Positions 29,216-37,478 of a stretch of DNA of 64,000 nt are shown here, piece after piece. A program made the translations under genes and the position numbers. This stretch comes from Coriobacteriia bacterium. GTDB taxonomy: Bacteria; Actinomycetota; Coriobacteriia; Anaerosomatales; PALSA-660. The stretch lies in the NCBI GenBank assembly GCA_025361335.1, contig JANYAK010000037.1, positions 2,320 to 66,319 of the forward strand, given 5' to 3'. The stretch's first letter is position 1. Every line of letters starts with the position of its first letter. The notes beneath the pieces were generated by a model. The model saw nothing but the letters and a program-made list of their open reading frames with translations, ran no database searches and was not told the origin of the DNA.

Positions 29216-30550
29216 ATGGAACGGGTGCGGACCGTCATCATGGGCGCCGCTGGGCGCGACTTCCACAACTTCCAGCTAGCCTTCCGTGAGGACCCCTCGG
29301 TCGAGGTCGTGGCGTTCACCGCCACGCAGATCCCCGGCATCGACAGCCGCCAGTATCCCGCGGCGATCGCGGGGCCGCTCTACCCCGAGGGTATCCGCAT
29401 CGTCCCCGAGTCCGACCTGACCCGCCTCATCCACGACGAGCACATCGCGCAGGTCGTGTTCGCCTATTCCGACGTGGCGCACATGGACGTCATGCACAAG
29501 GCGTCGACGGTGCTTGCAGCGGGGGCCGACTTCATCATGCTGGGCCCCGATCGCACGATGCTCAAGTCCAAGAAGCCGGTCATCTCGATCTGCGCGGTCC
29601 GGACCGGCGTGGGCAAGAGCGGCATCTCTCGCCGCATCTGGGAGCTGCTTGCCGAGAGCGGCGTCAAGGGCGTCGACATCCGTCACCCGATGCCCTATCG
29701 CGATCTCACCGCCATGCGCGTCGAGCGCTACGCCTCGCTCGAGGACCTCGATTTGTTGGGCGCCACCATCGAGGAGCGCGAGGAGTACGAGCACCTTATC
29801 GAGGTCGGCGCGGTGGTCATGGCCGGCGTCGACTACGCCGACATCTTGGCCGCTGCTGAGGCCGAGGCCGACGTGGTCATATGGGACGGCGGCAACAACG
29901 ACATGCCGTTCGTGAAGCCCGACCTTGAGATCGTGGCACTCGACCCGCATCGTCCCGGCCACGAGCGCCTGTACCACCCGGGCGAGACGAACTTCCTGCG
30001 CGCCGACGTGCTGGTCATCAACAAGGTCGACACCGCCGATCCAGCCGCCGTGGCCGGTCTGCGCGAAGCGGCCGCGAAGTACAACCCGACCGCGACCGTG
30101 GTCGAATGCTCGTCCATCATCCACGTGGCCGGCGGCGAGGCTGCGCTGGCAGGCAAGCGCGTGCTGGCCATCGAAGACGGTCCCACTGTCACACACGGCG
30201 GGATGCCCTACGGCGCCGGCGCGATCGCGGCCAAGCGCGCGGGTGCGATCCTCGTGGACCCGAGGCCGTACGCCGTCGGCTCGCTGGCCGGCACGTTCGC
30301 CGCCTGGCCGCACCTCACCGACATCCTGCCCGCCATGGGCTACTCGCCGGAGCAGCTTGCGGACCTCGAGGCGACCATCGCGGCCGTGCCATGCGACGTC
30401 GTGCTCGTCGCCACCCCGATCGACCTGTCCAGGCTCATCCATATCGATCACGAGAGCGTCCGGGTCACATACGGGATCGAAGACCGGGGCGAGCCGACGC
30501 TCACCGGCGTCGTCGCCGACTTCCTGGCTCGCATACGCAGCCCGAAGTAG
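29216..30550 (+). CDS. P-loop protein of the COG2403 type (predicted GTPase / cyclic 2,3-diphosphoglycerate synthetase-like)
   Basis: 444 aa: MERVRTVIMGAAGRDFHNF... with P-loop CAVRTGVGKSG. GAGGAG lies 7 nt upstream of ATG 29216. The family is assigned from memory of the N-terminal signature. Confidence 0.65.
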   Translation: MERVRTVIMGAAGRDFHNFQLAFREDPSVEVVAFTATQIPGIDSRQYPAAIAGPLYPEGIRIVPESDLTRLIHDEHIAQVVFAYSDVAHMDVMHKASTVLAAGADFIMLGPDRTMLKSKKPVISICAVRTGVGKSGISRRIWELLAESGVKGVDIRHPMPYRDLTAMRVERYASLEDLDLLGATIEEREEYEHLIEVGAVVMAGVDYADILAAAEAEADVVIWDGGNNDMPFVKPDLEIVALDPHRPGHERLYHPGETNFLRADVLVINKVDTADPAAVAGLREAAAKYNPTATVVECSSIIHVAGGEAALAGKRVLAIEDGPTVTHGGMPYGAGAIAAKRAGAILVDPRPYAVGSLAGTFAAWPHLTDILPAMGYSPEQLADLEATIAAVPCDVVLVATPIDLSRLIHIDHESVRVTYGIEDRGEPTLTGVVADFLARIRSPK

Positions 30551-30583
30551 TCGCGCGAGACCAGAACAGGGCAGGCAGTACAG

Positions 30584-31555
30584 ATGATGATGGTCGACGC
30601 GGACACGAGACAGTTGCGGCTGGTCGTCGCTCTCGGCGGCAACGCGATGCTGCGCCGTGGTGACGACGGATCGATCGGCACGCAGATCCGACGCGCGGAC
30701 GCGGCCATGGAGCACGTGGCCAAGCTCGCCGGCGCAGGTCATCTCCTGTGCGTCACGCACGGCAACGGTCCGGTCGTCGGCAACATCGTCGTGCGCAACG
30801 AGGCCGCGCGGGACAAGATCCCGCCGATGCCGCTCTACATCGCTGGTGCGGATTCGGAGGGGGGCCTGGGGCTCATGCTCCAGATGAGCTTGGGCAATGC
30901 GGTGGACGAGGTGCCCGTCGACCGGCAGGTGCTCACGGTCATCACGCAGGTGGTCGTCGATCGCAACGACCCGGCCTTTCTGCGGCCGACCAAGCCCATC
31001 GGCCCCTACTACGACGCCGACGAGCTCAAGGCCCTGCGCGCCGAGGAGCCGACCTGGGACTTCGTGGAGGTCCCCGACTGTGGTTGGCGGCGCGTCGTGC
31101 CGTCGCCACGGCCGAAGCGGATCGTCGAGGCCGAGCCGATCCGGCACCTCATGGAATGCGGTGACATCGTGATCGCCGCGGGCGGTGGCGGTGTGCCGGT
31201 CGTCGAGGGCCCCGCGCGACACCTCACCGGCATCGACGCGGTGATCGACAAGGACTGGGCCAGCGCCCTGCTCGCCGAGGAGGTCGACGCCGACCTCCTG
31301 ATCATCCTGATGGAGTCCGACCGGGTCTACACGGCGTGGGGCACGCCGGACCAGAGAGGGATCGCCTCGCTCACGGTGAGCGAGGCGGACGACCTCCTCG
31401 CCTCAGGCTCCCTCTCCGAGGGCAGCATCGGACCGAAGGTCGGCGCGAGCGCGTGGTTCGTGCGAGCCACCGGCCGGGACGCCGTCATATGCCGCACCGA
31501 AGATCTCATCGAGGCGCTCGCCGGGCGGGCCGGAACGCGTATCGTATCCGACTGA
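30584..31555 (+). CDS. arcC: carbamate kinase
   Basis: VVALGGNAM...THGNGPVVG...IAAGGGGVPV, carbamate kinase/AAK family motifs. Three consecutive ATGs sit at the start. Confidence 0.9.
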   Translation: MMMVDADTRQLRLVVALGGNAMLRRGDDGSIGTQIRRADAAMEHVAKLAGAGHLLCVTHGNGPVVGNIVVRNEAARDKIPPMPLYIAGADSEGGLGLMLQMSLGNAVDEVPVDRQVLTVITQVVVDRNDPAFLRPTKPIGPYYDADELKALRAEEPTWDFVEVPDCGWRRVVPSPRPKRIVEAEPIRHLMECGDIVIAAGGGGVPVVEGPARHLTGIDAVIDKDWASALLAEEVDADLLIILMESDRVYTAWGTPDQRGIASLTVSEADDLLASGSLSEGSIGPKVGASAWFVRATGRDAVICRTEDLIEALAGRAGTRIVSD

Positions 31556-31582
31556 CTCATCCGGCCGCGAAGGGCGCGCCCG

Positions 31583-32068
31583 ATGCCCGGCGAAGTGGAG
31601 CAGGAATCTTCACGAACGCGCAGTAGCGTCGCGGTCGTGGTGTTTGCGGCGACGGTCGTGCTGATTGCGGCCGCCGCGGTGATCGCGTGGGATCCTCTCC
31701 ACCTCACGCGCATGGGCGAAAGTACCGTCCGTCTCGGGGACGAGCCCGTCTCGGTCCTTGTGGCGGACACGCCTCAACGCCGGGCGTGGGGACTCCAAGG
31801 GCGGACGGCGTTGCCCGAGGGTCGCGGCATGTTGTTCGTCTACGATCCACCCCACGTGGCGACGTTCGAGATCAAGAGCGTCCCGTTCCCGCTGGACGTC
31901 GTCTTCGTCGGAGCCGGCACGCGCGTGACCCGTGTCGTGCCCCTCGACGCCACGCACCCCACCGCCGCGAGCCCGTCGTCGGTCGGATATGTGCTCGAAC
32001 TCCCCGGGGGATGGTGCGAGCGGCACGGCGTCGCCGTCGGTACGCGGATGTCCCTCTCCGCACGCTGA
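31583..32068 (+). CDS. DUF192 domain protein with N-terminal membrane anchor
   Basis: VLVADTPQRRAWGLQGRTALPEGRGMLFVY...FPLDVVFV...YVLELPGGW matches the DUF192 (COG1430) pattern. Confidence 0.8.
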   Translation: MPGEVEQESSRTRSSVAVVVFAATVVLIAAAAVIAWDPLHLTRMGESTVRLGDEPVSVLVADTPQRRAWGLQGRTALPEGRGMLFVYDPPHVATFEIKSVPFPLDVVFVGAGTRVTRVVPLDATHPTAASPSSVGYVLELPGGWCERHGVAVGTRMSLSAR

Positions 32069-32110
32069 CGCAAGGGGGACGGGCGCGAAGGGCGCCGATC
32101 TGGGGCTCTC

Positions 32111-32158
32111 CCGTCGAGGGTCCCCGTCGAGGGTCGGGCCGATGGTGCGTCGAGGGTT
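32111..32158. repeat. three direct copies of (C/G)CGTCGAGGGT(C/T) in a convergent intergenic spacer
   Basis: ccgtcgagggtc at 32111-32122 and 32124-32135, and gcgtcgagggtt at 32147-32158. Confidence 0.6.
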
Positions 32159-32163
32159 CCGGC

Positions 32164-33267
32164 CTACCCTCCTTCTGAGACGCGTATCACCTTGGCCGGG
32201 ACGGTGCCGACGAGATGGAGCTGACCGCCTTCGACCGTCGCCTGCTGGAGGTTGAGACCGTCCATCTGAGACAGCCAGTCGTTCATCACACCCGCGAGGT
32301 AGTCCGCCGCGGGGCCGCGATACTCCTGCGGGACCTCGACGCCCAGCCCCTCGAGCACCTGGATAGAGCCGCCGACGGACCTAGGCCCGGTGAGCGCGCC
32401 GGTCGCCTGAGCGTATCCGCCGTACGCGCGGCCCTGGTAGACGACGTATCCGGACAGCTCGATGCCGCCGTTCTCGCCGAACTTCACCTGTAGGTCCTGG
32501 ACGAGCCAGTTGGGGCTGTAGTGGTGCATCGACATGAGCGCCGAGAACTCAGCCGACGTCAGATGGACGTCGATGGGGACCGACCCCTCGTACACGACCT
32601 TCGTCCCCTTGGCGGGGCCCTCCGTGACAACAGCGGACCCCTTCACCCCCGTGGTCTTGGTGCCCGTCGCCTTCGCGCCCGCGGAGGACTTGGCGGCGGC
32701 GCCTCCCGAGGGCGCGGTCGCGCCGCCGCCTGGGGCGGTCGCACCGGCGCCTGGCGCGGGTGTCCCCGGGGCGGTCGTGCCGCTCGTGGGTCCGGCGCCC
32801 CCCGAGGCGGAGCCGGCGACAGTCGACGGTTCCGCCTGGCTCACATCGATCCCGAGCTTGGTGACGGCGCTGCTGTAGTCCTTCTGGGAGTAGCGGACAC
32901 CCAGGTCACGCGGCTTTCCGAGGGAGAGGAGGCCGAGATAGGCGGCGGTCGCGCTGCCGATGCAGCACAGCATCAGGAAGCCGACTATGGCCAAGGCGAT
33001 GACGCAGCCACGCTTCTTCTTCGGAGCCGTGACAGGAGTCGGGACCGGGGCTGGGGCTGGGGCTGATGGAGAGTAGGCCGGAGCCATCGAATCGGCGACC
33101 GGCTCCGGGGCTGGAGACGCATACACGGGCTGCGCGGATCCCGCGGCGAGCGACTGCTCGGACTCCTGCGCGGATCCCCCGGGCGCCGGCGCGGCCGTGG
33201 CGGCGCCGCACGAGGCGCAGAATTGGCTTCCATCCGCATTCTCGGTGCCGCACTGCGCACAATACAC
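32164..33267 (-). CDS. zinc-ribbon membrane protein (function unknown)
   Basis: N-terminal YCAQCGTENADGSQFCASCG zinc ribbon, Pro/Ala-rich linker, one TM helix (CVIALAIVGFLMLCCIGSA), Gly/Ala/Thr-rich spacer and a C-terminal globular domain. GTG start. Confidence 0.7.
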   Translation of the reverse strand: MYCAQCGTENADGSQFCASCGAATAAPAPGGSAQESEQSLAAGSAQPVYASPAPEPVADSMAPAYSPSAPAPAPVPTPVTAPKKKRGCVIALAIVGFLMLCCIGSATAAYLGLLSLGKPRDLGVRYSQKDYSSAVTKLGIDVSQAEPSTVAGSASGGAGPTSGTTAPGTPAPGAGATAPGGGATAPSGGAAAKSSAGAKATGTKTTGVKGSAVVTEGPAKGTKVVYEGSVPIDVHLTSAEFSALMSMHHYSPNWLVQDLQVKFGENGGIELSGYVVYQGRAYGGYAQATGALTGPRSVGGSIQVLEGLGVEVPQEYRGPAADYLAGVMNDWLSQMDGLNLQQATVEGGQLHLVGTVPAKVIRVSEGG

Positions 33268-33426
33268 GTGACGCCCCCCTCGCTGCGCCCGGCGCTGGCC
33301 GGGCAGTCCGGATGGCCAGAAGTATAGAGGTGAGCGATGGCTCGCCGCTATCCCCCAACACTCTCGCCACCGGCGCTCGCGAGGTCGCGCGCCACGCAGG
33401 GGGTCCCCCCCGGGGCGGGTCGCGCC

Positions 33427-33792
33427 TCAGTAGGTCAGGAAGTTCGAGCACTCGTCCATGGCCTCGACGATCTTCGCGGCGCCGCCGACGAACGTCCCCT
33501 CACGAAGGTCCGCCTCAGTGAGCCCTCGAGACGTCAGGCACGGCGAACACACCATGATGGTGTGACCCGCCGCGAGCGCGGCGGCGAGAAGGTCCTCGAC
33601 CGGCTCCAGCCCGTCGGCTCGCACCGTCTCGGCGAAGCCCTTCACGCCCAGACGAACGCCTTCGCCCTGCAGGACGATGAAAGGCTCCACTCCCATGGTC
33701 AGCGCGACCGTGGCGAGCATGAAGGGTAGGGTCGCTCGCTCGGGGTCGTCCGCCGAATGGGTCACTATCAGGCCGATTCTGTGCTTGTCCAT
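33427..33792 (-). CDS. DsrE/DsrF-like sulfur-relay family protein
   Basis: 121 aa: MDKHRIGLIVTHSADDPERATLPFMLATVALTMG...MVCSPCLTSRG. AAGAAGG RBS. It is only the 3-prime end of a 932-aa shadow ORF. Confidence 0.75.
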   Translation of the reverse strand: MDKHRIGLIVTHSADDPERATLPFMLATVALTMGVEPFIVLQGEGVRLGVKGFAETVRADGLEPVEDLLAAALAAGHTIMVCSPCLTSRGLTEADLREGTFVGGAAKIVEAMDECSNFLTY

Positions 33793-34035
33793 CTGCACCT
33801 TCTTTTCGTCAGGGATCTCCCCGTGTATACCCGCCCAGCTGGGCCGGGCCATCCCGGCGTATCTGCTGACCTTGCCCAATTGGCACCTCCTTCGCTGCCT
33901 TTCCCCCGGCCGCCGCCCCCAGCGATCACCAACAGTGCTCGCCCACAGGGGGGAGGACCGGCACGCGCGACCCGATCTCCAAGGCCCGCTACGGCGGGTG
34001 GGAAGCGCGTATCGCACCCGTAGAGAGGACACCGT

Positions 34036-34776
34036 GTGAAGGTACGCAGAATGGCTCTGGACCCCGCCCTCACGGGGCGGATGGCGGCGATGCTCGTCGC
34101 CGCGTTCGTGTTCCTGGTGCTCGCGTCGCCCGCGCCCGCTCACGCGATCACACGCTCCGACGTCATCGCCCGGGCGGGCAACTGGGTCCAGCGACGGGTG
34201 GGCTACAGCCGCCGGGCTCGCGTGGACGGCTACCGCCGCGACTGCTCGGGGATGGTCTCGATGGCCTGGAGCACCGGGAAGTCGTACACGTCCCGCTCGA
34301 TCGCGTCGCGCGCGACTCGGATCCCCCTGTCGGACCTCCAGCCCGGTGACGCGGTACTCACTCCCGGACACGTCGAGATATTCGAAGGATGGGCCAACGC
34401 CGCCCACACCCGCTTCGTCGCCCTTGAGGAATCCAACCGCAGGACCGGTGCGGTGCGCCGCGTCAAGAAGTTCGCCCGCCGGTCCGCGGGCCTGCGGTAC
34501 CGCGGGATCACCGAACCTCCCATCGTGGTGGCGGTGTATGTTCCGCCGGTAGTCCCGGTCGTGACTCCGGCTGAAGAGCCGCCCGCGGCGACCGCCGCCA
34601 TGGATGTCGTGGTGCCCGCCGCGGGGTCTCCGGTGACCCCGGAGGCCCCTGCGCTCCCGGTGACCACGGACGTTGCGACAGCGGGCGGTCCCGCCGCGGA
34701 CGCGGTCGCGCCGGTCGCGGTCGTCCCGGTCGCAGTCGTGCCGGCTGCGGACGCGGTCGTGCCGACCCTCCCGTAG
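34036..34776 (+). CDS. secreted NlpC/P60-like cysteine peptidase with Pro/Ala/Val-rich C-terminal tail
   Basis: Signal peptide ...SPAPAHA. Catalytic-type context DCSGMVSMAW and PGDAVLTPGHVEIF (Cys/His). GAGAGGA lies 6 nt before GTG 34036. Confidence 0.75.
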   Translation: MKVRRMALDPALTGRMAAMLVAAFVFLVLASPAPAHAITRSDVIARAGNWVQRRVGYSRRARVDGYRRDCSGMVSMAWSTGKSYTSRSIASRATRIPLSDLQPGDAVLTPGHVEIFEGWANAAHTRFVALEESNRRTGAVRRVKKFARRSAGLRYRGITEPPIVVAVYVPPVVPVVTPAEEPPAATAAMDVVVPAAGSPVTPEAPALPVTTDVATAGGPAADAVAPVAVVPVAVVPAADAVVPTLP

Positions 34777-34938
34777 TCGCTCGTCCACGCAACGATCCAC
34801 GCCCTGGGGGGCCGGTCCAAGTGCCGGCCCCCCAGGCTTTCGCCGTGCCGAAGTGATGGCGCTCACACCCGGCTCATGGCGGCCGACAACCCGCCGATGC
34901 ACCGCGTGGGTAGTAGAATGCGGGGCGGGGGTGAGACG

Positions 34939-36351
34939 ATGCGGCACCGGACCCTGGTTCAGATCGGCTGTCTCGTGCTGATCGCGGTCGTGGCGGGGGC
35001 AGCGTTCGCGGCGATGGGCGATCGCACCGCGCGCAGCGACGCCCCCCATCAGGCGGCCGGCGCGCCATCCGTCGCCCCGCTTCCGCGGCCCGCGACACCA
35101 TCCCAGGCGGCGACCATCCCCTCCGACGAGGCGTCCACCGGCGGCGACCCCGTGATCGCCGATCACGCAGACGGCGGTGGCTCGCCCTCGTCGAGCGTCA
35201 CGCCGAAGACCCGGAACGGACGCCCCGCGCCTTTGCGCGCCACGATCCGCCCGTCGAGCGACACAGGCGTCGCCACCATCGTGGGCGGCACACCGCCCTT
35301 CACGGTCACCCTCGTTGCCGACGATGGCCGCAAGAACGTCGTGTACCAAGGATCGGATCGCACCGTCTCCGTCCCGCTGATGCCCGGCCCGACGCGGATC
35401 TCGATCATTGATGCAGGTGGCTCGGTCATCGTCGCCGCCGCGCTCGGCAACGTCGACTTCTGGGTCGTGGACAACACCGCGCGAAAGGCGATCAAGTACA
35501 ACACGCAGCTCGCGACGATCACGGTCACCACCGCCGTCCCCGGGGACGGGACGCCGGCGAACGTGGACCTCCGCAACATCGCGGTCCGATCGACGGACGG
35601 ATGCGCATTCGTCGTCGTGGCGGACAGCGTGGAAGGGCTGTCGCGCAATCGCCTGATCAAAATCTCGTCGCTCGGCGCGGTCGAGCAGACGATCACGGTG
35701 CCCGATTCGTACAAGCTCCAGGACGTGACGTTCGATGCGTCCGGCAACATCTACACGATCGACCGGGGGACGGGGTACTGGGGCGCGAGGCTCGTCCGCA
35801 TCGCGAAGTTCCGCAGCACGAATGGGAACTTCATGTCGTCCGCCCTGATCCCCCTGCCGGCCAACGGGTTCGGCTATCCCCAGGTGAACCTGACCAACAT
35901 GATCGAGTACCGCGTCTCGAGCGGCCGCCTCGTCGCGCGGACGAACACAGGGACGTTCGCGATAATCAATCCCTCGAACCTGGCCGTAGAGTCGTACCGC
36001 TACAGCGCCGACTACGCCTACACGTGCATGGCGCTCGATGACACCGCCCTCTACACGGGAGGGGCCGGCTTCAACCGTCCGGCCTTCTTCGGTCGGCAGG
36101 CGAACTTCTTCACCGACACGAAGTACGCGCAGGCGTCCATCATCAACACGTCCACCCCGGTGCACAGCTGGATCACCACGCCGACGCTGCCGGCGATCGC
36201 GGACGTATCGGTCGACTCCTCGCACTACGTCTACACGGTCCAGCGCGACGACGCCAACCGGATCTTCCGCATCTACGTCGTCGACCCGATGGGGCTGCCG
36301 GTCACCGACATCGGCCTGCCCTACGCCCAGAAGTTGTCAGTCGTCCGGTAG
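34939..36351 (+). CDS. membrane-anchored/secreted protein, possibly beta-propeller (function unknown)
   Basis: MRHRTLVQIGCLVLIAVVAGAAF anchor followed by a beta-rich sequence with NHL-like snippets (DASGNIYTIDRGTGYWG, HYVYTVQRDD). No family is confidently recognised. Confidence 0.6.
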   Translation: MRHRTLVQIGCLVLIAVVAGAAFAAMGDRTARSDAPHQAAGAPSVAPLPRPATPSQAATIPSDEASTGGDPVIADHADGGGSPSSSVTPKTRNGRPAPLRATIRPSSDTGVATIVGGTPPFTVTLVADDGRKNVVYQGSDRTVSVPLMPGPTRISIIDAGGSVIVAAALGNVDFWVVDNTARKAIKYNTQLATITVTTAVPGDGTPANVDLRNIAVRSTDGCAFVVVADSVEGLSRNRLIKISSLGAVEQTITVPDSYKLQDVTFDASGNIYTIDRGTGYWGARLVRIAKFRSTNGNFMSSALIPLPANGFGYPQVNLTNMIEYRVSSGRLVARTNTGTFAIINPSNLAVESYRYSADYAYTCMALDDTALYTGGAGFNRPAFFGRQANFFTDTKYAQASIINTSTPVHSWITTPTLPAIADVSVDSSHYVYTVQRDDANRIFRIYVVDPMGLPVTDIGLPYAQKLSVVR

Positions 36352-36398
36352 GGAAGGGTGTCGTCGGCGGCTGCGAAGGCCTGAAAACGCCCGCCGGC

Positions 36399-37469
36399 TC
36401 ACTTTCCGCCAACAAACACCTTCCGGATGTAGTACGAGGTGAACACGCCGAGCGTCGCGGAATAGCCCGGCAGGAACTCGACCGCGTCCCCGACACGAAG
36501 CGGTTCATCCAGATCGTCCACGTCGAGAACGAGGTGGTCGCTCGAGGCGCCGAGGATCTCGATGCGCGGGTCGCGGGGTCGCAGTCCCTCCGCAGGCGCG
36601 TCCTGTCGGCCCAGCGCGCAGATGGCGCGGCGCCTCACGCCGCGGTCCTCGAACCGTGGCACGCTGCCGAACGCGTCCTGGGCGCGGGTCCCGATGGGAG
36701 CCGAGGGCTTGTCACCGGCCTCGATGATGGGCGCGGACACCACGACGGCGTCGGTGTGCAGGCCCAGGATGCGTTCCCGCGTCGTGGGGTCGACGCCGAG
36801 GACGATCGCCTCACCGACCCGCAGGTTGTCGACAGCGGCGGTGACCGACCCCGAGGCGAGCGGCATGATCGACGTCGAGCTCCCCCCCGAGACGAGTAGA
36901 GGCCTGCCGACGCTGCGCCCCGCGTCCGCGGCCAGGCGCGCGAGAAGTCCGAGATTTCTCGCATCGGGCACGATGGCCCCGTAGCACGTGAGGCTCGCAC
37001 CGATGCCGAGGATGTCGATGTTGCGCAGTGCCGACACGCGGTCGATGAACGCGGGCAGGTCTGCCGGCATCATGCCCTCGCGGAGATCTCCGAGGTCTAC
37101 CATGGCGATGATGGAGTGCCGGCGTCCGGCCCGCCCGGCAGCTGAATCGAGCGCCTCGACCGTGTCCAGCTCGCTCTCCAGAGACACGTCGGTGAGTGCG
37201 ACGGTATCGTCGGCGAGCGCCGGGGTGGGCGCTCGGATGAGCCAGATGGGAGCAGAGATCCCCGCCTCTCGCAGGCGACTCGCGTTCTCCAGACGCGACT
37301 CGCCGAGTGCGAAGACACCGCCCCCCAGCATCGCGCGCGCCACCTCGGGAGAGCCGCACGTGACCTTCGTGACGCCCACGACGCCGACCCCGGGCAGCGC
37401 GCCCGTCACGCGTCGGGCGTTCTCCTCGATCTTGGTCAGGTCGACGGTGACCGTAGCCGTGGCGAGCAT
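36399..37469 (-). CDS. orr: ornithine racemase (alanine-racemase-fold PLP enzyme)
   Basis: Fold-type III PLP pattern (GVVGVTKVTCGSPEVARAML; Lys in VTK). Last gene of the ornithine cluster. GAGGAGG RBS overlaps the upstream stop. Confidence 0.75.
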   Translation of the reverse strand: MLATATVTVDLTKIEENARRVTGALPGVGVVGVTKVTCGSPEVARAMLGGGVFALGESRLENASRLREAGISAPIWLIRAPTPALADDTVALTDVSLESELDTVEALDSAAGRAGRRHSIIAMVDLGDLREGMMPADLPAFIDRVSALRNIDILGIGASLTCYGAIVPDARNLGLLARLAADAGRSVGRPLLVSGGSSTSIMPLASGSVTAAVDNLRVGEAIVLGVDPTTRERILGLHTDAVVVSAPIIEAGDKPSAPIGTRAQDAFGSVPRFEDRGVRRRAICALGRQDAPAEGLRPRDPRIEILGASSDHLVLDVDDLDEPLRVGDAVEFLPGYSATLGVFTSYYIRKVFVGGK

Positions 37470-37478
37470 GCGACCTCC

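Noticed and set aside
29276-31222. 648-aa minus-strand ORF opposite the P-loop protein and carbamate kinase
   Set aside because: Shadow frame. The plus-strand genes have strong RBSs and recognisable family motifs.
33793-36225. Upstream 800 aa of the 932-aa minus ORF that ends in the DsrE-like gene
   Set aside because: Only the last 121 aa (from ATG 33792, with an RBS) look like a DsrE-family protein. The rest is antisense to the plus-strand NlpC/P60-like and 470-aa secreted-protein genes, which have signal peptides and catalytic motifs.
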